Shown here piece after piece: positions 13,775-28,290 of a DNA stretch of 64,000 nucleotides (position 1 is the stretch's first letter; every line of letters starts with the position of its first letter). Origin of the DNA: Octopus sinensis (taxonomy: Eukaryota); the NCBI RefSeq assembly GCF_006345805.1, contig NC_042998.1, positions 123,008,001 through 123,072,000 on the forward strand, given 5' to 3'. Both the position numbers and the translations under genes were made by a program. A model generated the notes under the pieces. The model saw nothing but the letters and a program-made list of their open reading frames with translations. It ran no database searches and was not told the DNA's origin.

Positions 13775-13810
13775 CATGCATATATATATGTATGTATCTG
13801 TGTGTGTTGC
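13245..13810. repeat. (TA)n/(CA)n microsatellite complex
   Basis: Read directly. Confidence 0.95.
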
Positions 13811-14191
13811 TATTTGAGCGTGGGGATTGGTGTCTGAGTGTGAGTGTGTGGAGGGGCGGTGTAAAATGAACATCGCATTCTTCAAATCTTGTTATAAATA
13901 GACAGCTAAAAGGAAAGAAAAGAAAAAGGAAATGGAATACCTAACACGAGAGAACTTGATTATAATGGATGAAAGTATTGAAATATGTTGCGTAGTTTTT
14001 GTGTGAAACAAAAGATGTCAAGAAGCGAAATCTCATTTTTATTGTTATATATCATATTTTCATACAATTATTTTTCTTGTATCTAAAACCTATTATCAAA
14101 AATGTTGCTTCTATAGAAAACGTGTGTACATATGTATGTATGTGTGTACGTATGTATGTATGATGTATGTATGCATAAAAATACATACATA

Positions 14192-14261
<70 letters not shown>

Positions 14262-16894
14262 TATATTCATTCGTTTGTGTGCGTGTGTGTGTTACATCTT
14301 TAAAAATATGTCTGCCAACTTACTCGTCAGTTATGGACATATTAAAGCTGTTTGCATTAATATCTTGCTTTCGTTTTTATTAATATCTTCATGAATGGAT
14401 TCTGAAACTAAACACATAAAAAGTAAAATTATATTTTCCAATCATTCAAAATATAAAAACCGGCAAACAAATAAAAACTCTTTGTTAACTCTTTCTTCTT
14501 TCTCATTCTTTTACATAGTTTAAAGCTATTTGAATGGTTGACACAATAAGCCTTGTCATTTCATTTCTGAATTTTCTTTTAATTCCTAAAAAAAGAAACT
14601 AAATGTAAACAAAAGGACTTCTGAATATAAAAAAAGATCATCGTTGTCTGAAAACATTTACAATATATCGTTATATATATTTTTTTATTGATGTAACAAT
14701 TGCGTTAGTATTCTCATTTTCTTCTTTGTTCGCTCAAATAGATATTGAAAATGTTTCATCAACTAAGTATATGGAGACTATTAAATATATCAGGCAACTT
14801 TTTCCTCAATAGTGACAGAATAGACTAATATAATTCATACCATTTTCCTATTTTATTTATTTGTTGCTGTCTAGTATTTCTTTTTCATTTGCTAATGATA
14901 TTAGTATTCAATATTCTTCAATAATCTTGCGAAAACGTTCTGGCTATCGGCAATATACAATAAATCTATATGGGATCTTTTGCGATATTGATGATGCTGC
15001 ACTGTTGAAAGAGACCTAAAATACAGGTTATAGATTAACAAAATAAGGACACTAAGCTAGGAATTGAAAGAATTATACTGAGAATATATGTAGCTGCAAT
15101 ACAATGTTTGCAGTATTGCGCTCTTTATTGTGTAATTTAAAATGCACAGGGAAAATGAATGAGAAAGTAAGAGGGAAAAAGAGATGGATAAATATATAGA
15201 AAGTCGGTGACACAATGGGTGAAGGGAAAGTAGCCTCGTCATGTTGCAATGAAAAAAATGTCGGTTGCAATGAAATAGAAAATTCAACATATTTAACGAA
15301 GATTTCAGGAATATGTACAAAGTGACGAATATTTGTATCGACTGCAATGAATCAAAATGAGATTTCATGAAATATTAAATAAACACGGATACACAGGGGA
15401 GTAGAATAGTATAACGTAGCAGATTATTGATTTCAAGGTACAGTTTAGTCACACGAAGGGCAGTATGTATCATGATATGAATTAGCTGGACTCAACACTG
15501 TACGTTCCGACCTCTGCCGTTCAAAAAATAGTTTTAGTATCAATCGTAGAACAAAAGGTGCTAGTATGTGGTTTGAGGGAGATTGGACAATTATTGGTAG
15601 CCCCAGATTGGCCCTAATAAAATAGACCTATAATCAAAAACGTTCAAACTAAGTCCTTCCACTTTTTATTGAGGAAACGTCTATCAAAAATTAGGTTACC
15701 ATTTGAAGCCTTAGATATACATTTGTTTAAGGCGCTATAGTGGGGTTTGGGGGAAATCTGTCTGATATTCATCGCTTGTCAAGCAATTACATAGTAGTTT
15801 CCTTGTTACGAAAACCACCAGATCAGTCACTATGAATTTTAGAAAGTATTTTACTTTAGATTCAATATGGAGTTCCTTAACCTGCAAATGTTTCATTGCT
15901 GTTCTTATATTTGCTTTAAGATGACAATCTCAGTTTAATGTTTTCAGTAATTGGTTCTCTATCGTTCTAGCTTTGTGGCACCGTTGCGCGGAAATTAAAA
16001 AGAAAAAAGAAAAACGTTTTAAAGTTTTAAATTTAGAAATAAATACAAAATATTATTTCATGCGTTAATCTATAAACCAAGCTTCTGTGAAATCCAAGAT
16101 ATCTGCAATAAGCAGCCTGTTATTTTTTCCACGGAGATGAATATTTTTTTCTTTTACTTTTGACTTAAGTAATAAAACACGATAACCCTCATAAAAATAA
16201 TGATAAAAATTGAAACAAAATTGACAGGGAATTCTTAGCTACTGGTGGATATTCCTCGCTGATAGAAAGCCAGAGCTTGGAATTGGCCTCTCGCACCAGT
16301 GATTTTTACATCTCAATCTTTGGTGGGAGAGGCCAATTCTTTCTCTTTTGATAATTTGAGACGAAGTTTTATCGAAAAGGTATTCTCGTGAAGTTGTCAA
16401 ATGTTCAATGAGGAGTTATTTCATTTATATTAGTTTTACTTCATTTCAATCTACCGACTCTAACACTTCATTTCTAAAACACCATTTTGTACTGAAACGC
16501 TGTTATTTCACCAATAGGTTGAAGAATTTTTCTTTTACATTACTTACTTCTTTTCAGTCTATTAACGTAATGGAAGATGATTGTCAAATATTACAGGTTA
16601 TAAACCCAAAATCCGTACTGATATTAAAAACGTGATTTTCATAGAATTTTAAAATGCCTGAGACGCACATATTCTTAATCCTGTTATTACTGAACATAGA
16701 AAAGTGCTTTTCTTTTTGATAACCACTTCATCTGTGTGTAACAGTTAGCCCTATTTTTAAATTTTTGTTAATAAAATATTTACCAAACAAATTAGGTCTT
16801 TTGTTGTGTTTTTAATTAAACTAAACATTCGGGGAACTTGCTCTAAACGTTGTTTCAAATTATTTCCTATTGTACTGCAACCAGGGCTAGCCAT

Positions 16895-18116
16895 CAGTGG
16901 GTGGCCAAAATAATGGAAACAGATTGTTAAATGGAGATTTTATTACCTAATGCAGAGTTAGTCCCCTTTTGCATCAATTACAGTTTGAATACCTCGCGGA
17001 ATTGCCGCGTACAGTTTCCGAACGGTTGTTAGGGAAATTTTGAGCCATTCTTCAAATAAAACCTGCTTTAAAGCTTTGGGTGACGTTGGCAGAGGGAAGA
17101 AGGCTTCTCATTTGATGCTCCACTTTGCCATATAAATGTTTGATTATATTGAGTTTTGGAAATTGTGGTGGGAATCCAAATGGACTAATTCACTGTTGTG
17201 CTCATCGTATCAATTTTGAATGAAGGTAGGCATGTGAATTGACGCATTATCTTTCTCTAAGATTGCATTAGCATAAGGCATTGTAATATAGGATGGACAC
17301 GATCAGCCAATATACTCAGAAAACCTTAGACGCTAGCCCTGCCCTGCAGGACATTTAAAGGCCAAGAGAACGTCTTGGTATGGCTAACCAAGTCCTCTCA
17401 GAACCACGTCCACAGCCGGGATTGAAGGCTTCTTCTGGCTGTCTCCTGTTATAAACTCCCCTGGGTGAGATAAAAGGGTGAATGATGATACGTCAAAGAT
17501 GACTTTGTTCCACCGAGTTATTTACAATTTCTGCTAGTGAGTCACTATTTTTGTCGTTATCAATGCTGATGGCATGAGGCAGTGAAGGTTTAGAAATTGT
17601 AGCGCTTCGTGCGTGTCCGGCTTTATGCCGCACGTTGAACGGCTTCTGCCTAAACAAGGTTGGAAATGTGGTGTTGAACTCTGCTGTCAGTTCTGCTACC
17701 GTAATTCTATTGTATCTAAACACAATACATTTCCCTGTACTGCAGCTCTTCTGAATGATCTTTGGTTCCACTCTGAATTAAGCTTGCCATTAGTTTGTTT
17801 TGCTTTGGTTTTGGAATGGTAACATAATTTTTAAAGACTGTATTTCATGAAATATATGAGCATTTTTAGTAAGCGAACCTCTAGTCATCTGTGCTCAACA
17901 ATTTGTCCTTTGGAGAGCAGATAAGTCACACATTTTAACTTAAATACAAACATCTGTAAAAGAATAGATAAAGAACAGAATGCTATATCATGAAGCAAAA
18001 CGCGTATGTAGTGCATATAAACACACAAGCACGCGCTTACATGCTTACTGATTAGATCAAATTTGAATTTGCCATTTGAATAAATAGTTTCCAATATTTT
18101 GGGTCACCTTTATGTA
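16895..18116 (-). mobile_element. Tc1-like DNA transposon relic
   Basis: TIR-like ends CAGTGGGTGGCCAAAATAATGGAAAC (16895) and GTTTCCAATATTTTGGGTCACC (18087); minus frames RITVAELTAEFN (HTH), LEKDNASIH and FPPQFPKLNIIKHLY (cf. QQDNAPCH and WPPQSPDLNPIEHLW). Confidence 0.7.
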
Positions 18117-19369
18117 GAAATAGGTGAGTCGCATGCTGCTTCATACAAATGTTATAAGTCGTTTCATACAGCATGTTACAGATATAACTATAACTACCAA
18201 CACATGACTTCCTGTTTTAAGTTAGTTATAAAAGAAAGCAGTTAAAATAAGGAAACATTTTCATATTGTAATGCTTGATATCTCTGCGACAAAAAAAAAG
18301 AAAGAAAAAAAACGACAATGACGGATCTAATGCTTAACCCACTCCAACAAAACACAGGTATAATGCATTATTTCCTGCATTTAGATAAAATCTATTGAGT
18401 CAAGAAATTACAAAACAAGTGAATGCTAAAGCATATCATGGCAGACATACATTTTCATGTTGTCAACACAAGCCAAAATCCGCCTACTAACTGCATCGTT
18501 TCAGAAAATTTGCTTGTTTTGTTTATCTCCTAGCATTTACATAATATATTGCAGAAAACCGATTCTACCAAACTATGGGGGATTTAAGTCGCAATTGCTA
18601 TTCACTGAAACAATGGCATACGTATACCTCGTAAGTCTAAATTCATAGTCCGTGTAAAGGATATAGAGATTTAAGGGCGGCTAGCCTGTTCTGGTAAAAA
18701 CACGTGCACAAATAATTAGATGTATATAAAATAATCACCTCTGGTTAGTAAGATTCAGTTGTGTCTAGGGCACTGTGAAGTGGTCATGAAATCCTCCTGG
18801 AACATTCTGGAATATTAAGGAAGATCGCAAATATCCTGAAATTTTAAGGAAAGGTTTGAGTGAGAAATGCTTATTCAAATACATTCAACGTATTGAATAG
18901 GGTTAAGAATCGAGAATGATGAAATAATACTGAAACTATAAGCCAGGGGTTGGGAAACTTTTTAGTGCGCCGGGCAAAAAATTCCAAAGAAAAAGGTCCA
19001 CGAGCAGATCCCAACTTCTAACTATTATATCTGTGTAAATCTTGTATATATCTATGTATAATTTGATATACATTAATAAAGATAAGCTTTTAACACATTA
19101 AATTAACGCGTAACATCTTCATTAACGCCGCCACTGAATTTAGGATATTTATATTACAAATGAGGTATTTCATATTTTTCAGCTAGCGTGTAATTGGGTC
19201 TCAAGGGGTGGTAAAAACATAGCAATATGTATTTTATAGTGAAAACAAGACTTCCATTCAAATGGCAATTACCGGACGATTTTTTTTCGAGTCTAACAGT
19301 CTTAAGTTGTAGTGGAAACGCGACCTATGTCGCAAATAGTCATACGAATATTGTATAAATTTTATTGTT

Positions 19370-19733
19370 TTATTCTTTTAATGGTTGCAGTCATTTGACT
19401 GTGGCTATGCTGGAGCACCGCCTTTAGACGAAGAAATCAACCCCAGGACTTATTCTTTGCAAGTCTTGTACTTATTCTATCGGTATCTTTTGCCGAACAG
19501 CTAGTTTGCGGTACGTGAACACACCAACATCGGTTGTCAAGCGATGGCGGGGGGACAAACTCAGACACACACATATATACGACGGGCTTCTTTCAGTTTC
19601 CGTCTACCAAATCTGCTCACAAGGCTTTGGTTGGCTCGAAGCTATAGTAGTAGAAACTTGTCCAAGCTGCAACGCAGTGGTATTGAACCCAGAACCATGT
19701 GGTTTGTAAGACGTTACTTACCATATAGCCACT
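19370..19733 (-). mobile_element. SINE family B (tRNA head, CORE-like domain, internal TA/TG repeat)
   Basis: Near-identical blocks at 20231-20590, 29430-29840 and 55318-55725. Confidence 0.85.
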
Positions 19734-20230
19734 TGAAAATCTTACTATATTTTGTACATACGAGTATACTAGTCTGAGGGCCCAATAAAATGGGCTTGCG
19801 GGTGTTTTCCTATCTCTGCTATAAGCCCTGGTAAGCGCCAATACTGGTCTTCACACACGAGAGTGTGTGAAACCGATTGGTAAAATCGGCTGAAACGGGA
19901 CTGTAATATTGTATTTCATAAATAACTTATAAACCCACGTTAGAGAGAAATACATGGGTGCCTGTTTTTCCTTTGATTGACGGATCCTTATGGAACTGTG
20001 TGTGTGCGCACGAGCAAACACACACAAACAAACATATGGTATATATTTTTAATATTTTCGTAATATTATGAAAGGAGATGATCCCTGGGTGCTAAACAAC
20101 AAATTTTGTACGGGGTTTAACAATTCAGAAAATATAGTCTAAAGCTTACCATCATTTATGATAGTCACACTCAAGATGTCTTGGGTTCTGGCAGTCCTGC
20201 ATTCTTCTAGGTTGTAGTCAACGTAAATTG

Positions 20231-20590
20231 ACTGCGTGGTATCTTGGGCAAGTGTCTTCTGCTATAGCCCCGGGCTGACCAATGCCTTGTGAGTGGATTT
20301 GGTAGACGGAAACTGAAAGAAGCCTGTCGTATATATGTATATATATATATGTGTGTGTGTGTGTGTTGGTGTGTCTGTGTTTGTCCCCCTAGCATTGCCT
20401 GACAACCGATGCTGGTGTGTTTACGTCCCCGTCACTTAGTGGTTCGGCAAAAGAGACCGATAGAATAAGTACTGGGCTTACAAAGAATAAGTCCTGGGGT
20501 CGATTTGATCGACTAAAGGCGGTGCTCCAGCATGGCCGCAGTCAAATGACTGAAACAAGTAAAAGAAAGAAAAGAAAGAAAAAGAAAGAT
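20231..20590 (+). mobile_element. SINE family B, 5'-truncated
   Basis: CTTGGGCAAGTGTCTTC...GTAGACGGAAACTGAAAGAAGCC...GGCGGTGCTCCAGCATGGCCGCAGTC, with an AAAG-type tail. Confidence 0.85.
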
Positions 20591-22114
20591 ATAATATTTG
20601 TGAAATTTTACAGAGATTGGAACTGTAGTCAAAGATGTCCTTCAGATAATAGACTACCTCACCTCTGAATCAAGGATCATCACCAAGTAAATATCTTGCG
20701 TAGGATATGTTGTGTGGACAAGGAATGAACGACTCTCGACAAGGCTTTCTGATAGCGGACAGGGAATTGGGTAGCGTCCACAACAAACTAAGTTTGATGA
20801 AATTTATAAAAATTGTATAAAGCACAGCAAAAATATATAACCGATAGCGAGTGAAAAATCGTGTGCCAGTAAATGGAAATTCGAAGAAGCTCTCAGTTAT
20901 GAAAGACTGCACACCATTTGAGAAAGGAAGACCAAACTTGCTGTACTGAAGAGAATCATATGTAAATTTTTCGCACCAAATTGTCTAATGATATCAAGAC
21001 ATGGAATGGTAATAGACTCAGTACACATATATACATACATTTGCACATACAAAAATGTATGCATACATACATACATACACATACATATACATGGTGGATA
21101 TATAATGATTATATAGCAGTAGCAAAATGATGCATTCCATATCTTTACAATTGTGTCAGTGATGTTGATATAACCACTTCTCCGAAGAAACGATCTCAAC
21201 TACATGCTTGGATTGGTCTCTGTAGGTATATCTACATACAAAATTATAACATAAAGAATTAGTATAAAGTAGTAAGTAGAACAAAGAATAAGACTACTGA
21301 ATGTTGTCTTCATCATCAAGAAAAAACAACATACATAAAAATAAAACAAGAATGATCAACCACAGACAATAGACTCCTTGATAAGTAATAAAAACATGAT
21401 GCCAACTGCAGACAGAGGCTTGCGACAGTGTAACGGCACTGGAAATAAATGTCAAGCAGAGTAATAGATTAAACCGACAAAATTATACTGATAATAGAAA
21501 TATACGTGCTGAGATACATACAAATTTAGTTGTATTGACAGATTTCCAACAACGTACAAATGAGAAAAATGGATATATATCCACACGCATAATCCGATGT
21601 ATACATCAAAAGATACTTTACCATGGGTAAAAAAAGACAGGTCGATAAGCATTGGGAAACGTTCGCTGTGTAAGCAGACATGTACCTACACTCACATACA
21701 TATTTTACTTACACTAATACTACAGGAAAGAATTTAAACATCTAAGCCCACTGGCAAACAGAGGCAGATAAAGAACTGATTCGGCAAATGCGATGGAAAG
21801 CCTTCTTATCTATTGACGATCTCACAACCAACTCTAAAAGCCTGAATCATCAAACCCTCCTTCTCCGAACCCATATGTATATTTCCTTTTAATTTTACTT
21901 CTTCACAAATATGATTTCCTCAAATTGTACGTTTTACGCATTTCGATCGAATCTCCCAACGACTTAATACGGGATCTCCCAACGGCAATGTGAACTTCAT
22001 ATAATCACGTTCTCCTTGACCTAAAGAGTAGCTTACGGTCCACCCCTCTTTTGGATAATTTTCGCTAGGTATGAAACATATGTAGCCTGGATTTTATCCA
22101 CTCCATTCCGTTAA

Positions 22115-22410
<296 letters not shown>

Positions 22411-22789
22411 ATCATTTACAGGCGTATGCGCGTACTGAAAACGAGAGATAAATTTTTGTTGATTCTTTATGCTCTTACAAGAGTTTCGGTTACAACAATA
22501 GTTGCTGTACAACGAAATATATACAAACACTATCAAATCATCAATGATTGCCTACCAAGTGTAAAATAGTTTACATTATATAACAGACTTGAGGCCAGAA
22601 TCATACTATCGACAAACTAACAGCAGTTCCTATGTTTCATGATGCTGTGATGTTTGCACGAAGTCAATTCGATAACATTTGCATTCATCACGCAATATGC
22701 GATGACTTGTAATGTAATAAATGAGTGAGTGTTATTTTCTGTACATGCGTTACATGTGTGTATTTTGGTATAGACAAACATACACAAAC

Positions 22790-22793
<4 letters not shown>

Positions 22794-22857
<64 letters not shown>

Positions 22858-22915
22858 GAGGGAGAGAGAGGGAGAGAGAGGGAGAGAGAGAGAATGTGTG
22901 TGAGAGAGAAAGAGA
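22794..22915. repeat. (GA)n microsatellite
   Basis: Read directly. Confidence 0.95.
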
Positions 22916-23827
22916 CACATACACACAACACACACGAAGATACTTGAATATTAGTACTCTACATTACAACTTTAAAAGTAATATATATCTAATTACTAAT
23001 TAATGACCTCCATATTGAAATTAAAATAAGAGTATTTTCGTCACTAGATGAACAAATTTTTATAATGTCATGCCAATAAGCCAAGTCTTTGTAAATTAGT
23101 TTTCCCGGGATGGGCACGGAATGCATTGAACAAAATCAATTAAATTGTAACGTATATGGCAGTGAGTTTATTCGCTGGAAAGTATATGGAGTTAAATGGT
23201 TAATCTGTGCGGTGCATTACAATTTGCCACCTACTGATATAAGAGCAATGTATAGCATATTGGATGAAAGTATAGTACTGAACTGTTGTCTAAGTACCTA
23301 GCTCTGTAATACTTAAATTCTTTAGAATTTTGTTATTACGGTTAACTAACATGTCATGATGCTATTTAATTAATTTTTACCTGCCAGTAAGTTTTCTTGT
23401 TCTTCGCGTGCACACATTAGGTGTTCAGGTCTTTTATGTCTACGAGACCTCGTTGAATTTAAAATTTTCCGTTACAGTCTTATATCGATGGGTTTAGAAG
23501 GCAAATACGCAACGTACTCAAACAGTGATACCGAATCTCTAAGTTTTCACTGAGTCAAATGGAATTCTTAAATAAATATTTGCCTATCAGGCTGTATAGC
23601 GAAACGTTCAAAGGTCTTACTTCATAAATGCAAGGTTTCCTGTCTTATCCCAACGAGTGGGGGCCTTGAGATCATAGGCAAATGCTATTTTCTGTACCTT
23701 CTGTTCGAATAACAAATTGCTTAGCGAAATTCGGAAGACGGAAACTGTATCTAAACATTTCTGAGATGTAGATTATATCCAATAGCAGATCCTTGTCACT
23801 CATTGTACATGCTCATATATATATATA

Positions 23828-23870
<43 letters not shown>

Positions 23871-24715
23871 ACAGAGAGACAGAGAGATCACAAAGTCATA
23901 TAAATATGCATCCATATATTTTTTATTTAGAGTAGGTATAATAATTGAAGTGTAGAGTATTATAGATCCATTTCAGCCGATCCTACCACTCAGCTTCATA
24001 CTGTGTTGGAAATATCCGTATATTAGATAACAACACAGTTTAATAGCACCACGAAGTATTATCCGAAATCCAATGCAAACCCGAATGGTAAGCTGATTTA
24101 AAATACAGTACACTTAGATTAATATATGTGTGTGCGTATATATATTGCATCTATATATACACACACATGTGTATACGTGTTTAAGTGCTAAGCATCGAGC
24201 ATATACACCAAGCAGTATAGGAATGTATATGCGAATAATATTCACATATAAATACACGTCTCTTACGTGTATACAATATACACACATATGCTGATACGCT
24301 CTCATAAAAGTCACGCACACACTCTAACACATGCATATACACTTTTCCCCACCAAAGAAGCACATACCTATAATGAAGCTAGCATATATACAAATATTTA
24401 TTCATAAAGTAGGAACTAAATGATTATGAAAAAAGAACATTCGTAAAGTATAAACATTACCAGATGTAATCCAATTTAGTACCACATCGTAGAATGAATT
24501 CCAATATTTTATTTAAAATTTCTATCATTTGACATTGTTCAGATGCCATTGATGAGACTACACGCTAATATTCCTTGCACAAATAGCCATTCACAGTTAG
24601 TGAATTACGTGTCATTAGCGAGGCAGTTTTAATTTGTCTGTAGACAATAAACGTCTTATTAATTGCAAAAACGTCAGAAAGGAATTAGTTATTTTTTTTA
24701 TATAAGATTGGTGCT

Positions 24716-24756
<41 letters not shown>

Positions 24757-24757
24757 A

Positions 24758-24796
<39 letters not shown>

Positions 24797-25872
24797 GTGT
24801 GTGTATATGACTAAGTGATTTATAAGTCTAATACATAATATACTTTGATAAAAATATATTTTAATAACACATTTCAATATCCAATTTTAATATGAAAATA
24901 AGAAAAATATTCTAATGGAGATATTTTATAATCAGAGATATTTTAATTAAAAAAAACGATGTCTTTCATATCAGAAACGATAAGAAGTTTGGAAAATTTG
25001 TAGTATCTAACTCAAAGCAAATTATGATTTTCTTTTTATTTTATGCATTTTAGCCACGGTATACACATCAAGTTTATTCTAATCAAATGTAATATATGTC
25101 TCCCCTTTGGTTTGTAATCATGAAATACTTCACTCCTTCATTCCTTCTTATCCCGTGGGTAGACATAGATTCATACATGGCACTACATCTTATAGATATC
25201 TATATTACATTCAAAGTCAAGTTAAACTCACAAATATGCATTGCCTTCATCGAATCTCATACCCAAACGGATTTCATTATTGAAAATGCATCCTGTCGCA
25301 ATATTTCTTCGAATTCCCCAACTGTAGAAGATAGAAGAGATGTGGTGAAATGCAGGAAGTAAAATGGATGCATAATATAATTTGTTTGCATGAGTTCTTG
25401 ATATCAAAGTGATTTGGACGCATTAGAAAAATGTCAAGAGGAAACATTAGCTGCTCTGGTTTATCGTGAAGATTTCTTTCAAAATAGAATGCAACGTACG
25501 ATAAAAAATATCCTTTGTATTATAGTAATCTTAATAAATGAGAATGATACTGTAAATATTCAACGGCATGAAAATCATGCTGAATATTTGCCATTTGAAT
25601 AAGTAAGCTACTCAGTATAATACGAACTGTAATGATTGTCTTTCGACTTTTGGTGTTTTCTATTTGGAGCGACATGTAACAAGAACTGAATGAATTGGTG
25701 AAAGCACTCTTTGGCTGTTTTCACATGGGAAAAGTTGCTTTCTTCTATATGAATATTTACTGTATAAGACTTTCCCTACTAGTACCGTTCGTGAGATACA
25801 CTGTAGGTACACTGCAGAGGTATTACAATTGTTGGAAGTATTAGGTTGAATTTATATATATATACATACACT

Positions 25873-25924
<52 letters not shown>

Positions 25925-25925
<1 letters not shown>

Positions 25926-27915
25926 GAAAAAGTTAAGGTAGAAAATGCTAAAATAATTTTATAACAAACATTTCAGTACCAGTTTCAGTCACTGAGACTT
26001 ATTCAACTGTAAGCATGGAAAACGATTATATTTTGGAAAAATTAAAAGAATAGATTTTAAAGAGAATATTTGCATAGTATTCAAATACAAGGGGCATTTC
26101 CTTTGTTTCTGCCAGTCTCTTGCGAATTGTTGGCAGAGAAGAAGAAGGAGGAGGAGGAAGAGGAGAAGAAGAAGAAGAAGAAGAAGAAGAAGAAGAAGAA
26201 GAAGAAGAAGAAAAAGTAGAAGGAGGAGGAGGAGGAAGACGAGGAGAATGCGGGAGTGTCATGATAGTTGTAGGATGTTAAATGGTCAAGTGCCCTGAAA
26301 GAGAATTGTTGTGGATGGTAGTAGTGATTGAATTCTTCAGACATCACTTTTCAATGTATTGTTTATAAAATTTGCGTAGGTGTTATTCTAAGCAGCAATA
26401 GTAGTAAAGTTAGGAAGGAGGTGGCGGAGAGGATGAAGACGAGGAAGAAGAAAGAGAAAGAGAAGAGAGAATAATAAAGGAATGCAGGTGGTATGATAGT
26501 AGTAGCATGTTAAATGGTCAAAAGTGGTTCGTTGTGGAGTATAGCAGTGACTGGGACTGTTTTTTAATGAATTCTTGGGAATTTCTTGAGTGTATCATTT
26601 TTGATATTTGCGTCTGTGCTTGTGTTATTCTAAGGCCGTGGTGGATATGTCGTTTGTTGTAGATGCGTTCAAAAGGGGTCTGTATTTTGTAATAAAGAGA
26701 TTCTCTTTACTAATTCATTGACTACAGGTTGTATCGTCCCTGAATTGATAGAGGGGAAAATTCTGAAGCTTGTATTTTTGTTATTGGCGCAAATGTCGAT
26801 GTGTTGACTGAATGCTACTTTTATTTTCCTGGGAATTTTGATCTGGGATCTGTGCAGAGCCATCTTTTGGCGTAAGCTGTTTTTGTTTGGCCTATGTATT
26901 GATCTTGAGACCCAGAGCAAGTTAGTGCCTATATCGGGTTCTCCGAAGCACATGTGAAGCTGCTTTTCACTGTGAAACGTTGTCCCATTTTGAAGGATAA
27001 CTCTGATCCCTCAACTGAATTGGCGCACACCCCACAGTTGGGTTTTCCGCATTCTTTTTATTGATGGCTTCTGCGTTGTTGCTGAGCGTATTCGGGCTTG
27101 TGTTAGGAGACTTTCCATAGATTTGGGTTGTCTCTATTTATGATGGTGTGTGTTTGGAGGATTAAGTTCATTTTGTGGTCCATTTTTAGCAGGGGAATGT
27201 TTTGAAGGATGGTGTCGAAGGCTTCATTGTTAAGAGAGTTGTGTGTGGAAATGTATGGAAGGGCTTTTGGTTGTAAATCCTTCTTTAATTTGGGATGTCT
27301 GAGTTCGTAGATGTTGAGTTGTAGGGCACGTTGAAAGCATATGTCAATTCCTGAAGGTAGGTAATTACTGGTAATGAGAGTATCCTTTAGTTCATGTAGT
27401 CATGTGTTTCTGGTGCTTGCATTAGAAACTATAGCACATATCCTTTTTGCTAGGCTGAAGAGGATATTCATTCTGGTGTGTCTGGGGTGGCATGTGTTAA
27501 TCGGTAGATATTGCTTGGAGTGCGTGGGCTTATAGTATATATATCTGTTTCTATTACGTTGTTAGATTTCTTAATGAGGATGTCGAGGAAGGGAAGTTGT
27601 TGATGGCTATATTCCATCGTGAATTGAATGTTTACGTCAAGTCCATTTATAAGTCCTTGGAATTCTTTGTCTCTCTATACTGTCATGCCAAAAAATTAAA
27701 CAGTCATCCAGGTACCTCTTGTAGTTATTTTCTATGTAGAGTGAGAATGGGCTGCCGTATTTCTCTAGAACCTTACGATAAAGACTAATTTATAGCTATC
27801 CCATGATTGGTTAGCAAAGGAGGGGCCCAATCTCGTACCCATCGTAGCCCCCGATTTTTGTCATTATAAGTTGTCTTTGAAGATGAAGTAGTTATTCTCC
27901 AAGATTCATAATCTG
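25925..27915 (-). mobile_element. Penelope-like retroelement, 5'-truncated and degenerate (RT, GIY-YIG, tail)
   Basis: Minus strand: LENNYFIF, GATMGTRLGPSFAN, RYLDDCLIFW (YLDD at 27703-27714), IQFTMEYSHQQLPFLD, GIY-YIG C-terminus LRQKMALHRSQI; internally duplicated tail, hammerhead, then (TA)n. Confidence 0.85.
25971..26012 (-). ncRNA. Type I hammerhead motif (degenerate) in the PLE tail
   Basis: TTACAG-TTGAATA-AGTC(tcagt)GACT-GAAAC-TG-GTA-CTGAAA; helix II covaries with the 8926 copy. Confidence 0.5.
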
Positions 27916-28290
27916 GGCAGTATCTCTAAATACTCTGGAAGAGTTCAATATCCTCATGAATAATCTATACCCATCTCTGCAATTTTGAAAGGAGATGATT
28001 AATACTAAATTACTATTTCTAGATATAATGGTAATTAAAAAGGATACCACCATTACCACTGATATATACTACAAACACACGGACACACATCAATACCTGA
28101 ATTTTAAGTCATGCCATCCACATACAAAACGCAACATCCCATACTGCCTAGCCAGAAGAATTTGTACCATTGTAAAAGATGCAAATATCAGGAACAAACG
28201 CCTAAGAGAACGAAGGGAACATTTGCTAAAAAAGATACCAGTCTCTACTTATAGAAAATTGCATACAGCGGGCTATAAAAGTAGCTATAC
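27915..28290 (+). mobile_element. Second-family Penelope-like RT fragment (post-YxDD part), inverted
   Basis: LEEFNILMNNLYPSLQF..LLFLDIMVIKK..TDIYYKHTDTHQYLNFKSCHP..NIPYCLARRICTIV. Confidence 0.8.

Noticed and set aside
21770-21830. ELIRQMRWKAF, resembling a PLE N-terminal motif
   Set aside because: Only about 11 residues with no supporting neighbours.
23976-24088. Plus-strand AG...ATG/GTAAGC exon-like segment
   Set aside because: All three frames from the best acceptor contain stops.
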